Sequence record: PV754031.1
Direction: 5' to 3' (one strand)
Length of the DNA stretch: 64,000 nucleotides
Shown here: positions 11,868 to 25,611 of the stretch, one piece after another
Layout of the letters: the number at the start of each line of letters is the position of its first letter
How positions within the stretch are numbered: position 1 is the stretch's first letter
Program-made: the position numbers and the translations under genes
Notes under the pieces: generated by a model
Seen by the model: only the letters and a program-made list of their open reading frames with translations
Databases searched by the model: none
Told to the model about the DNA's origin: nothing

Positions 11868-11966
11868 GATTCCAGCGCAATATTTTGAATGTTAACGTTC
11901 GTCGCTTGGAGTTATGACTAAGACGAATAGCATAACTCATAAACTCTGTACAGAAGGTATATTAAC

Positions 11967-14417
11967 ATGATGGTAAATATTCACAAATATGTAGCCAGCC
12001 TTGAGAACCAAGATGGTACGGCTGTGGAACAGGATGTATCCAAAGTCGAGACATCTGTTAAAGATGATCATGAACTAGTTCAAGATTTAAAGAAAGATAA
12101 TGATGCATCTGCAACTATTGAGAATGAAACTGTTAAAACAGATACTGATATTATCTCTGCTGAAGAACATGAAGAAACAGCACATGCTGCTGATAAGTCA
12201 GCAGTAATTGTTGAAGAAGTTGTACCAGAAGAAACTGTTGTTGAGGAAAGTATTCCTGAACCGCTAGCTACCACTAGTGTCGAAGAAGGCGAAGAAGCAG
12301 TTAAAGTTGCTGAAGCTGAAATCGCTGAAGAAATCGGTACAATTTCTGAAGGCGGTAAAGAGGTTTTAGATTCAACCACTGAAATTATTGAAGCTGCACA
12401 AGATGCGGCTGATGATACTGAACTAGTACCTGTTGCAGAAGCACCTGGTGAAACAGCAGTGGAATTAACCCCCACTGAAGAAACCCCACTTGGTGACGAA
12501 ACTCCACCGCCTGCACCACTATCTGAGGAACTTCCAGCTGGTGATGAACCTGTTTCATCAACCATGGATACACTACCAGATGAAGTGTTAGATGCTGGTG
12601 AAGTTGTAAGTGAAGCAGTCCCTGGTATTGATGACGATGTAACTCCTGAAGAAGCCGGTGCTGAGCAAACAACTGCTGATGAAAGTTCCAATGATGAACC
12701 TGAGACAGAGATCACTGAAACAGAAGAAGTCGAAATTACTGAACCAGCTGTAGCTGATGCTGAAACAGAAGTTGTTGAAACCGTAGAAGATACGCCGGAT
12801 ACAACTGATAGTGAAGTAGCTGAAGTAGTAGAGGCGGAATCTGAAAGTGTTCCTGCTGAAGCTGAACCAGATGAAATCGTAGCAGTTGATGAAAAAGTAG
12901 CTGTAACTGATCCAATTGTAGAAGAAGCTGCCGAAACAGCAGAAGTAGCTGAAGAAGGCTTAAGCGAATTGGAAGAAGTTCGGGATGAAGCTGAAGAAGA
13001 ATTAACTAATGATGACAGTGATTCTACTGATGTATTAATCAATGAAGCTGAAACTGAAGAAACAGTTGCTGAAACCGAAACGGCATCTACTATTTCCGAA
13101 CCAACAATTGAAGAAGGTGCTGTTGAAGACGACAGTGAAACAATTGTTGCAGAAACAGATGATGACGTTTCAGAAGATGACATCGAAGAAAAGTTAGCTG
13201 AAGGTGAAATTGACATCCCGGATGTTGACGTAGAAGTAACTGAAGATGATGTTGAAGAAGCTGACGAGACTGCTGATGAGGCAGTTGAAGAAGCCGATAA
13301 GCTTGAAGATGACATTGAAGATGGTAAGAAAACCATTGGTCAATTACTTGAAGAGCAGGCATCAAATGAATCCATGCTTGAGATTCTACATTATGGCCTA
13401 GAACATAAGCAATATAGTCCTCAGTTCATCGTACATGCTAATAGCTGTTTAGAACGCCTGCATAACGCCTTTGATGTCTATTCACCTGGTGTTCCAGCAA
13501 TGGAAGATTATGGTTATGGTAATCTAGAAGATTACTATAAGGCGATGGTTACTTCGCTAGAATCATTTAATAGCACTATTGGTAAGTTTGTTCGAAATAT
13601 TATCGACAACATTGCTGAAGGTGCAAATGCATCCATCCATGTTAAAGCTAACCAAAAAGAACTAGCCGCAGCTAATACTAAAGCTGACCAACTTCTAGTT
13701 AAGCTTAAAGATACTGATAATTTTGAAAATAAAGAAATCAAAATTAATGGTATTCTAAAAGGTGATGATAATCTAGTACGCGGTGTTGCTGGAGAAGTTC
13801 GTCGTATTAGCGATATTATTAACAAATGCTTCAAAATCGATGGTGAATACATCGAACGTTTAGTTGGTCACCTATCAACTGCTATTGAAGCTGATAGTGA
13901 AGAAGCTATTGATAAGGCTCTAGAAGAAGCAACTAAATTAGAAGTACCTGTTAAGAAATATCCTGAGAGTTCATTTATCAGTGGAAAACTAGAAGGTAGT
14001 TTTACCTTCGAGAAGTCTGGCCGTGATGTAACTGGTCGCACTAGTAAAGATATTGAACGATTAGCTGCTATTGCACTTCCAACTGGTGAATGGGGTGCTA
14101 CCGGTACTACTACTGCTAAAGTTAGCCGTAAGGACGTTACTGAACTAATGAAACTTTCTAAAGTTCTAATTGGTCTTGGTAATGCCTCTCTAAAAGTTAG
14201 CGGTAACCGCGGTGTACGTCGTCTTGACCAAGCTAACCGTGATATCTCTAAAGTGGCTAGCATGGATAGTAAAGCCGGTAAAAAGAAAGTCCGGCAACTA
14301 GCTAGTGCAGTATGGGAAGTTGTTGGCCAATCGGCTGAAAACCACACCGTTCTAGTTGATTACATTGTAGCTCTTACCAATGCAATTAACACTGCTGTGA
14401 ATCGTGCCATTAAGTAA
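11967..14417 (+). CDS. Internal head (inner body) protein, phiKZ gp97-like, with very long acidic propeptide
   Basis: 816 aa; about 450 residues of E/D/A/V/T-rich low complexity, then ASNES, PAMED, TSLES sites and a helical core. Confidence 0.8.
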   Translation: MMVNIHKYVASLENQDGTAVEQDVSKVETSVKDDHELVQDLKKDNDASATIENETVKTDTDIISAEEHEETAHAADKSAVIVEEVVPEETVVEESIPEPLATTSVEEGEEAVKVAEAEIAEEIGTISEGGKEVLDSTTEIIEAAQDAADDTELVPVAEAPGETAVELTPTEETPLGDETPPPAPLSEELPAGDEPVSSTMDTLPDEVLDAGEVVSEAVPGIDDDVTPEEAGAEQTTADESSNDEPETEITETEEVEITEPAVADAETEVVETVEDTPDTTDSEVAEVVEAESESVPAEAEPDEIVAVDEKVAVTDPIVEEAAETAEVAEEGLSELEEVRDEAEEELTNDDSDSTDVLINEAETEETVAETETASTISEPTIEEGAVEDDSETIVAETDDDVSEDDIEEKLAEGEIDIPDVDVEVTEDDVEEADETADEAVEEADKLEDDIEDGKKTIGQLLEEQASNESMLEILHYGLEHKQYSPQFIVHANSCLERLHNAFDVYSPGVPAMEDYGYGNLEDYYKAMVTSLESFNSTIGKFVRNIIDNIAEGANASIHVKANQKELAAANTKADQLLVKLKDTDNFENKEIKINGILKGDDNLVRGVAGEVRRISDIINKCFKIDGEYIERLVGHLSTAIEADSEEAIDKALEEATKLEVPVKKYPESSFISGKLEGSFTFEKSGRDVTGRTSKDIERLAAIALPTGEWGATGTTTAKVSRKDVTELMKLSKVLIGLGNASLKVSGNRGVRRLDQANRDISKVASMDSKAGKKKVRQLASAVWEVVGQSAENHTVLVDYIVALTNAINTAVNRAIK

Positions 14418-14427
14418 CAAACATAAC

Positions 14428-14447
14428 GGGGAGCCTTCATGGCTCCC
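14428..14447 (+). terminator. Hairpin GGGAGCC-TTCAT-GGCTCCC plus TTTTATG
   Basis: 7-bp GC-rich stem with T-tract after stop. Confidence 0.8.
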
Positions 14448-14482
14448 TTTTATGCTGTTAGACCATGATCTTATGATCTTAA

Positions 14483-17538
<3,056 letters not shown>

Positions 17539-17542
17539 TACC

Positions 17543-19516
<1,974 letters not shown>

Positions 19517-19532
19517 TTTATTTAGGTGTATT

Positions 19533-19955
19533 ATGGAACAACTATTTATACGAGTTGATGTGAGGTGGTCACAACAATTCTTTTCTGAATTAAAACAATA
19601 CTTTAATTATACCGCAAAAGATGAAGATGATCTTAACTACTTGATCATTCTTTATATTAAAGAACGACATAATTTCTTTTGGACATGTGTTCCAGATAGA
19701 TACAATGATGTAATGTGTAGTTTCTATAAATCAATTTGTGGTTATCCAATAAATCCTAATATCATTGCAAATAGATTTGATCAACTCTATCGTGAGATTA
19801 TGAATAGCTTATTACAAATAAAAGGTATTATCAAAGATATAGTTGCTGTTAAAACAAAAGAAGGGGATATCGAGGGATTCATTATACATTCTGAATCACT
19901 ACCTAGGTCCTATCCAAGACCTACTAATTGGAAAGGTGTATTTGAAAGATCTTAA
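19533..19955 (+). CDS. Hypothetical protein (140 aa)
   Basis: Start moved from GTG 19509 (inside terminator) to ATG 19533, which has an AGGTG SD. Confidence 0.6.
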   Translation: MEQLFIRVDVRWSQQFFSELKQYFNYTAKDEDDLNYLIILYIKERHNFFWTCVPDRYNDVMCSFYKSICGYPINPNIIANRFDQLYREIMNSLLQIKGIIKDIVAVKTKEGDIEGFIIHSESLPRSYPRPTNWKGVFERS

Positions 19956-19968
19956 ACAGTATATTACA
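19952..19968 (+). promoter_or_regulatory. phiKZ-type early promoter (TATATTAC at 19960-19967)
   Basis: TTAAACAGTATATTACA, identical to 21140-21156; TATATTAC is the published phiKZ early (virion RNAP) promoter core. Confidence 0.8.
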
Positions 19969-19994
19969 CATATGAACTAATGTGGAGTATATAC

Positions 19995-20120
19995 ATGGAA
20001 AACATCCCTTTAAATAAACCTAAACAACCGGTAGTACCTGAAACATGGATAAAACTTCATCATGTGGTCGTGTTATTCATTCTCTCACTAATAGGAACTT
20101 TAATCTTCAATGGTATTTAG
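19995..20120 (+). CDS. Small membrane protein, 41 aa (not in ORF track)
   Basis: GGAG SD; MENIPLNKPKQPVVPETWIKLHHVVVLFILSLIGTLIFNGI with C-terminal hydrophobic helix. Confidence 0.7.
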   Translation: MENIPLNKPKQPVVPETWIKLHHVVVLFILSLIGTLIFNGI

Positions 20121-20128
20121 GAGGACAT

Positions 20129-20521
20129 ATGTCATTTATAATTGCTATATGTCTAGCAGTAATGGTAATAGGTATTTTTACTATTGGATCTAAAGTTAGA
20201 GCTTTATGGTATCTTATAAATGGTAAAACTTTAAATGAGCATAAGAAATGGCGCGCAGACTTCAATGAAGTAATTCAATGGCTTCATGAAGGTGCTTTCT
20301 TTACTAAATCAGGTTTATTTAAAGATCAAGCTATCTCGATTAGATTGTGTGAGCTATCGCGCAGTAAGAAATTATTCCCAATGCTACGGCGTTCTAAGTT
20401 CGAAGTTATAACTGCTAAGGTATTTAGGGAAATAACTGGTGAGCCTTCAGAGTATAATTATTACTTGAAATTTAATAAGGCTTATATTGGCTTCTACAAC
20501 GCTAATCCAGAAATCCAATAA
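20129..20521 (+). CDS. N-terminally membrane-anchored early protein (130 aa)
   Basis: AGGAGG SD before ATG 20129; MSFIIAICLAVMVIGIFTIG hydrophobic start. Confidence 0.7.
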   Translation: MSFIIAICLAVMVIGIFTIGSKVRALWYLINGKTLNEHKKWRADFNEVIQWLHEGAFFTKSGLFKDQAISIRLCELSRSKKLFPMLRRSKFEVITAKVFREITGEPSEYNYYLKFNKAYIGFYNANPEIQ

Positions 20522-20601
20522 GCCTGGAAATGCACCCAATCTAATGAGAAGGTCTATGTTTTGATCTTCTCATTAGTACTCTTGTAGAAGGAGCCATTAT
20601 C

Positions 20602-21090
20602 ATGGCTGAATTTATTATAGGTAAAGATATATTCAATGTACCTGGTGATCTTTATCTAATCACTGTTAATGTTGTTGGCGTCATGGGCGCTGGTTTAGCC
20701 AAATCGTTTAAAGAAAAGTATCCTGAACTTTTTGAAAGATACAAACACGATTGCAAAAAGAGAATTATTACTATTGGTAATCCGGTTATTTACAAAGCAT
20801 CCGATGGTAAACGTTTCATGATGTTTCCTACTAAGGATAACTGGCGGAACCCATCTCAAATTAGTTTCATTGAACGTGGTCTAGAGTGGATGATGGAGAA
20901 CGTATCGGATTCTGCGGAAAATGAAGAAGACTGTATTCATCCAGATTGGAAAATTATCATACCACCTCTAGGGTGTGCTAATGGTGGATTAGATTTCTCT
21001 GATGTTAGAACTATCATTGAAGATTGGTCTAATCACATGCCTAACCAGATTGTGGTTGTTTATCCACCGTGGATAGATTCATCGGTTTAA
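20602..21090 (+). CDS. Macrodomain ADP-ribose hydrolase, DarG/TARG1-like (phiKZ gp104-like)
   Basis: VNVVGVMGAGLA, FPTKDNWR and IPPLGCANGGL motifs characteristic of DarG/TARG1-type macrodomains; AAGGAG SD. Confidence 0.85.
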   Translation: MAEFIIGKDIFNVPGDLYLITVNVVGVMGAGLAKSFKEKYPELFERYKHDCKKRIITIGNPVIYKASDGKRFMMFPTKDNWRNPSQISFIERGLEWMMENVSDSAENEEDCIHPDWKIIIPPLGCANGGLDFSDVRTIIEDWSNHMPNQIVVVYPPWIDSSV

Positions 21091-21095
21091 CATTG

Positions 21096-21115
21096 GCCTT
21101 CCCTCAGGGGAAGGC
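21096..21115 (+). terminator. Hairpin GCCTTCCC-TCAG-GGGAAGGC plus TTTATG
   Basis: 8-bp perfect stem just after stop. Confidence 0.8.
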
Positions 21116-21139
21116 TTTATGTCGTATATTCAAACCATT

Positions 21140-21156
21140 TTAAACAGTATATTACA
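21140..21156 (+). promoter_or_regulatory. phiKZ-type early promoter (TATATTAC at 21148-21155)
   Basis: 17-nt exact copy of 19952-19968. Confidence 0.8.
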
Positions 21157-21213
21157 TTTGTGACAATACTGTAAACATTATCATACAACTTAATGTAAAT
21201 AGGTGGAAATAAA

Positions 21214-21660
21214 ATGGCAAAGACTAAAAAGCAGAAAGTGCAAGAGGCGATTACTCGTAAATTGATCAAGTTCTATAGTGATACATTTCCGGAGTTGATG
21301 AAAGCTATTGAAAACTGTGATAGCAGTGGCGAAGAGCATAACCTCCACAATGTATTTGATAATTATAAGAAAACCATTAAAATGGCAGAAGAAGCCAAGG
21401 TTGACCTTAGTCTTTATGGAGTAAATTTAATTGACAAGGATACATACACGAGTCTTTTGTGGTTTATCGAAGGTTGCTATGTATGGGACATGATTAAAAA
21501 ACTTAACAAAGCAAAATATGACAATGTTCCTGAACTGGCCAGAATTACACAATGGGATGAACTGGATGACGCAAAGAAACTTCAATTCAATAAAAGTCGA
21601 GATTACATCATCAAACGACTGAAAGAAGTAACGACTTGTGAACATTTCAGAAACTATTAA
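21214..21660 (+). CDS. Hypothetical early protein (148 aa)
   Basis: GTAAATAGGTGG leader; helical, charged. Confidence 0.7.
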   Translation: MAKTKKQKVQEAITRKLIKFYSDTFPELMKAIENCDSSGEEHNLHNVFDNYKKTIKMAEEAKVDLSLYGVNLIDKDTYTSLLWFIEGCYVWDMIKKLNKAKYDNVPELARITQWDELDDAKKLQFNKSRDYIIKRLKEVTTCEHFRNY

Positions 21661-21694
21661 ATAGTTTTAATATTAGTAAATAGGAATATTTATT

Positions 21695-22033
21695 ATGAAA
21701 TTCAATACGATTGCAAAAGGTGTATCTTTTCTTCTGGCCACTGCATCACTGGCTGGAACTGGGTATGTTATCTACAAGAAGGCTAAAGAGACTAAAGCCA
21801 ACTTTGACAAACTCATGGGTTTCAGGGATCAGTTTAAAAGTATTTCAAAAGAGTATGGTGAATCAGATGAGTTCATGATGTTCGTCAATGCTGCAATGAC
21901 TGAGACAATGGATAGTGCTGTTGCTGAGAGCAATATTGAAAAACATCGACTGGATGTAATTCGTAATAAGCTGTCGATCATTTATGGTGATGATTATACG
22001 AATCAAGTATTCGATACAGTTCGTAAGATGTGA
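21695..22033 (+). CDS. Membrane-anchored early protein (112 aa)
   Basis: GVSFLLATASLAGTGYVIYKK hydrophobic helix followed by basic residues. Confidence 0.7.
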   Translation: MKFNTIAKGVSFLLATASLAGTGYVIYKKAKETKANFDKLMGFRDQFKSISKEYGESDEFMMFVNAAMTETMDSAVAESNIEKHRLDVIRNKLSIIYGDDYTNQVFDTVRKM

Positions 22034-22140
22034 AAATGGATAGGGCCTCATTGAGGCCCCATTCAAATATAATTACAATAATAAAATTATATTTGAATGA
22101 GTTTGTTAAATCTTAAATTAATGTAAAAAGGAAAATACAA

Positions 22141-22302
22141 ATGAATATTGATAAAGTTAAACTTCAAAAACTTATCGCGGATGTACCTGAGGCACCTAAA
22201 CCTAAGAAGATCGTAAATGTCATCACCAAATATGCGGAGATAGCATTAGGAGTATATGTTGGTATTGTAATAGCTAAACGTGTTCTAAATATCAAGTTTT
22301 AA
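22141..22302 (+). CDS. Small membrane protein, 53 aa (not in ORF track)
   Basis: AAGGA SD; MNIDKVKLQKLIADVPEAPKPKKIVNVITKYAEIALGVYVGIVIAKRVLNIKF. Confidence 0.7.
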   Translation: MNIDKVKLQKLIADVPEAPKPKKIVNVITKYAEIALGVYVGIVIAKRVLNIKF

Positions 22303-22347
22303 TATAATCGAAATAAATCTACATTCATTAACTAATAGGATATTATC

Positions 22348-22665
22348 ATGCTTTCCATTATCGGCAATGTTGTAAAAACTGGTCTCATGCTGGCCGGCAC
22401 CATCTACGTGTTCGAAGTTGGTGTGACTGTTTATAATGAGATTAAATTAGAAAAGAGTATCCGTGAAAAAGTAAAGGGCTATTCTGAGCATATCAAAACT
22501 AATTCAGATAATTGCACCGTGGAAGTAATGGCGGACTTAATTGAAGCAGAGCTTATGGATGTCATTAATGATGGATTGAATATGTTTAACACCATCAGTG
22601 ATAAACATCGAATTAAATCAAAAATCCGTAACTGGATTAAGGATGCAATTAACAATGAACTCTAA
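22348..22665 (+). CDS. Putative membrane-anchored early protein (105 aa)
   Basis: AATAGGA leader; hydrophobic N-terminal segment GLMLAGTIYVFEVGVTVY. Confidence 0.65.
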   Translation: MLSIIGNVVKTGLMLAGTIYVFEVGVTVYNEIKLEKSIREKVKGYSEHIKTNSDNCTVEVMADLIEAELMDVINDGLNMFNTISDKHRIKSKIRNWIKDAINNEL

Positions 22666-23095
22666 GCTATCTCTTACATTAGGGATGGTAAGTGGAGCCG
22701 TACTCGGTAAGCTTGCTTGGGATTCTAGAGAAAAACTTTATGAATTCTATTATGGACGAATTATTATACATAGATTGAAAGCCTATCAGAAAACGATCGA
22801 TGTAGATAAGCTACCATTCCACCCTGCAACTGCAATGATTCATTATCTTAAAGCTAGTATTAATGCTTCCAAGGAGACACTTGTGTCACTGGATCTTCTT
22901 GAGAGCATTAATGAAGTAGGGCTTAAATATATTGAGTCAGTGCGATGCCGTTATGATACTGCATGGCAAATGAGTCTGCACAGGCGGCTTGTCAAAAGGC
23001 AGAAAGAGATTGAAGAAGAGAATCGTCGTATCGAAGAAGAAGAACGACGTAATCGGAAACAACTTGATCTGTTCGATGATGTGTCAGATGTGTAA
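22655..23095 (+). CDS. Putative membrane-anchored early protein (146 aa)
   Basis: Start refined to ATG 22655 (AAGGA SD); MNSKLSLTLGMVSGAVLGKLAW; charged coiled C-terminus. Confidence 0.65.
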   Translation: MNSKLSLTLGMVSGAVLGKLAWDSREKLYEFYYGRIIIHRLKAYQKTIDVDKLPFHPATAMIHYLKASINASKETLVSLDLLESINEVGLKYIESVRCRYDTAWQMSLHRRLVKRQKEIEEENRRIEEEERRNRKQLDLFDDVSDV

Positions 23096-23103
23096 CTGAT
23101 AAT

Positions 23104-23121
23104 GGGAGTCTTCGGACTCCC
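23104..23121 (+). terminator. Hairpin GGGAGTC-TTCG-GACTCCC plus T-tract
   Basis: UUCG loop, 7-bp stem, TTTTATTTT. Confidence 0.9.
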
Positions 23122-23182
23122 TTTTATTTTCTACATCGTAATATTTTTTAATCACTTCAATAAACGTAAATAGGTATACAAA

Positions 23183-23539
23183 ATGAATATTGATAAAGTA
23201 TCACTCTATCTTGGTATTTTTGTTGGTTCAGTTGCCATGTGCGCAGTTGGTAAAATCTATCACAAAACTGTTATTGATGTGAAAATCAATAAGTTGCGTA
23301 ATGCTGCTTCAGTGTCTAATGAAATTCTTACAATGCTTTCTAAGCGCGCCTCTGTCATTCGCGCTGAGGTTATGCCAACCGCAGAAGACTTTATCGATTG
23401 TGAAGGTAAAGTGCACAACAAACTCACTGAAGAGTTACAGGATATCGTTGCTGGTTTTAAAGTAGCACCTGAACATGGAGCTAGTGTTAATACACGTATT
23501 AATGATTGGTTCCTACAAACATTCCCAACTGTTTACTAA
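23183..23539 (+). CDS. Membrane-anchored early protein (118 aa)
   Basis: MNIDKVSLYLGIFVGSVAMCAVGKIYHK; shares first 6 residues with the 22141 gene. Confidence 0.7.
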   Translation: MNIDKVSLYLGIFVGSVAMCAVGKIYHKTVIDVKINKLRNAASVSNEILTMLSKRASVIRAEVMPTAEDFIDCEGKVHNKLTEELQDIVAGFKVAPEHGASVNTRINDWFLQTFPTVY

Positions 23540-23549
23540 TAGGTGATAT

Positions 23550-23972
23550 ATGTCAAAAGTAGTATTTCCTAATGGTCTACTAATAGCGCTCATGCAAAAC
23601 TTCGATCACACTCTCGAATGTTTTGATCATGATGTTAGTGTTTTTAAAAAGGCACTAAGTGACCTAGGTAATAAAATTAAAGGTGGTATTAAGTCACTTG
23701 ATAATGATTACCCTAATGCTAAAATTGCATTAGAACGCATTCTTGAAGAACTTTTTAAAAGAGGATTACATATCCCTGGGCCTTCTGGAAAAGCATTTGT
23801 CATTGAAAAAGTACACATTGTAGATAGCACAGGTGTGGCTAAGGCATACCGTGTCAGTTACAATGATGAAAAAGCTATGCCTGAATATGTATCAGCCGAT
23901 AATGTATGGGATGCACTAATTTCATATCAAAAACGTAGTCGTAGTGCAAATCCATTCAAACCAACTGCGTGA
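23550..23972 (+). CDS. Hypothetical protein (140 aa)
   Basis: AATAGGTG leader. Confidence 0.65.
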   Translation: MSKVVFPNGLLIALMQNFDHTLECFDHDVSVFKKALSDLGNKIKGGIKSLDNDYPNAKIALERILEELFKRGLHIPGPSGKAFVIEKVHIVDSTGVAKAYRVSYNDEKAMPEYVSADNVWDALISYQKRSRSANPFKPTA

Positions 23973-24043
23973 AAAGGATCTGATGGTTAAAGCCATAATC
24001 CATTATCGTATTACATAATACCTGCAAAAGAAGGAATAAGTCA

Positions 24044-24295
24044 ATGAGCGAATCTAAAGAAGTTATCAACATGGTGGAATGTTTTATCAGTGAATCTTAC
24101 ATGGAGCCAGGTGTTGACCACAATCGTCGGATTTTGATGCGTGAATACGGGATCAACCCTAACAGCGGTATACCACTTCGGGGGAACTGGGTTCTGCGTA
24201 ACATGCTCACTGGGGAATTTATCGACAATGATAAATACCTCAACGATATTGTTGAACGTAATTCCATCCAATTCGAACGCAATACCTTCGTCTAG
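24044..24295 (+). CDS. Hypothetical protein, REYGINP family (83 aa)
   Basis: AAGGA SD; paralogous to 25289-25564. Confidence 0.7.
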   Translation: MSESKEVINMVECFISESYMEPGVDHNRRILMREYGINPNSGIPLRGNWVLRNMLTGEFIDNDKYLNDIVERNSIQFERNTFV

Positions 24296-24330
24296 CTATA
24301 ATTAATCCAAATCTGAAAATAGGTCAAACC

Positions 24331-24714
24331 ATGAACGAACACATTCAAAAGAAAATCAACCAGGGTACTGGCAAACTGGCTATGTGCAACTTCGACAAAA
24401 TGAACTATGTTCAGGGTCGTGAGTACTATGCCATCTCAGATAGTGGTTTACTTGAACAAATCGTTGCTCTATGCGCAGTTCAGTGGCCTCAGGAAATGGC
24501 CAACTACCTGCATGATGAAAGCGCTCTGTTCTGGGCTCTTTTCGACCGTGGTATCGTAGCTGATGGTAAACCTCGCGCCGACCGTAAAGACTTCATCTAC
24601 GAACGCCTTGGTTTCATCCACAAGAAGAAGTTCAAAAAATACGGCTTGTCTATTCTACAGCGTGCGCGCACCCGCTCGATGGCTAGTTTTGAGAAAGCTC
24701 AAGAGACTTGCTGA
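24331..24714 (+). CDS. Hypothetical protein (127 aa)
   Basis: AATAGG leader; codon usage like highly expressed genes (CGT, AAC, TTC). Confidence 0.7.
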   Translation: MNEHIQKKINQGTGKLAMCNFDKMNYVQGREYYAISDSGLLEQIVALCAVQWPQEMANYLHDESALFWALFDRGIVADGKPRADRKDFIYERLGFIHKKKFKKYGLSILQRARTRSMASFEKAQETC

Positions 24715-24749
24715 GCTATGCTGCAACACCAATACGAGGATCGTTAATT

Positions 24750-25247
24750 ATGAACCGCATGATTCCTGCAAATGAGCGTGACAGTGAACTCAGTCTCTAT
24801 GGCTATTTGACCTCTGTTGTAACTGGTGGGGTTGCTTGGGATTATAACCCTATTGTTCTACTGGAGAAGATGTGTAACCATGATGATGAAGCCATCTGTA
24901 TGGGTGAACCCAATTACGACCAGTTACGTTTAATCGGCGCAAGGGGTATATTCGAACAGATCTCTGAAAACATACTGTCTCGTAATGAACAAATCATGGA
25001 TGGTATTCGTGATTTCTTCAAAGACGGTCTCCAATTGAAAACCAATGTAGATGACATGTTGGTGAGACTGAATTATCAAACTGTACATAACGGGATTGAT
25101 ATGGATGAGGTGATCATGGTACGCTTGTTCAAAAAAATTGATGGTGCTTATGTGATTGCACATAAGTGCACATATGACCCTCAAGATTGGAAACACGCGT
25201 TATATTACTTCACTAATGCCTCCATGATCAGTCAAAAACAAAAATAA
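24750..25247 (+). CDS. Hypothetical protein (165 aa)
   Basis: Start refined to ATG 24750 with GAGGA SD. Confidence 0.65.
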   Translation: MNRMIPANERDSELSLYGYLTSVVTGGVAWDYNPIVLLEKMCNHDDEAICMGEPNYDQLRLIGARGIFEQISENILSRNEQIMDGIRDFFKDGLQLKTNVDDMLVRLNYQTVHNGIDMDEVIMVRLFKKIDGAYVIAHKCTYDPQDWKHALYYFTNASMISQKQK

Positions 25248-25288
25248 ATATCATACATATCCCTTCAGGTAATTTTAGAGAGGTTATT

Positions 25289-25564
25289 ATGAGCAATAAA
25301 GATGTATCGATGATCCCAGTTTATGAAAATCACTTTGTCACTACTGGTGCTACTCCACGACATGAAGCAATTGTGATATGTCGTGAATATGGTATTAATC
25401 CATTGGATGATGCACCATTTCGGGGTTCATGGGTGATGCGCTATCGAGAGACTGGCAAATTCATTGATTGTTCCAGGGATATTGATGATTTAGCTAAGAA
25501 ATATAATCTGACCATTCATAAACCAACCATTGAATTATACACCAGCACGTATATTGGTCAATAG
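25289..25564 (+). CDS. Hypothetical protein, REYGINP family (91 aa)
   Basis: GAGAGG SD; paralogous to 24044-24295. Confidence 0.7.
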   Translation: MSNKDVSMIPVYENHFVTTGATPRHEAIVICREYGINPLDDAPFRGSWVMRYRETGKFIDCSRDIDDLAKKYNLTIHKPTIELYTSTYIGQ

Positions 25565-25570
25565 AAAAAA

Positions 25571-25595
25571 AAACCACCCTATATAAGGGTGGTTT
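25571..25595. terminator. Bidirectional-type hairpin AAACCACCCT-ATATA-AGGGTGGTTT
   Basis: 10-bp stem with A-tract before and T-run after. Confidence 0.7.
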
Positions 25596-25611
25596 ATAAA
25601 AGAGGTGAAAT

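Noticed and set aside
12080-13336. 418-aa Ser-rich antisense ORF, plus nested 12385 and 13090 ORFs
   Set aside because: Shadow of the GAA/GAT/GCT/GTT-rich acidic propeptide, which creates no stops on the reverse strand; no SD.
22043-22059. GGGCCTC-ATT-GAGGCCC hairpin as a terminator
   Set aside because: No T-tract or TATG tail; more likely a stability or processing stem, so not listed.
23981-24016. 11-codon micro-ORF MVKAIIHYRIT with AAGGA upstream
   Set aside because: Too short to support; no attenuator structure seen.
24712-24744. TGA-GCT stop context identical to that of the capsid gene
   Set aside because: Read-through adds only about 10 motif-free residues overlapping the next SD; consistent with chance.
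25565-25573. Homopolymer runs (A9 here; T-runs near 28251 and 39894) as slippage or phase-variation sites
   Set aside because: All are intergenic and flank terminator-like hairpins.
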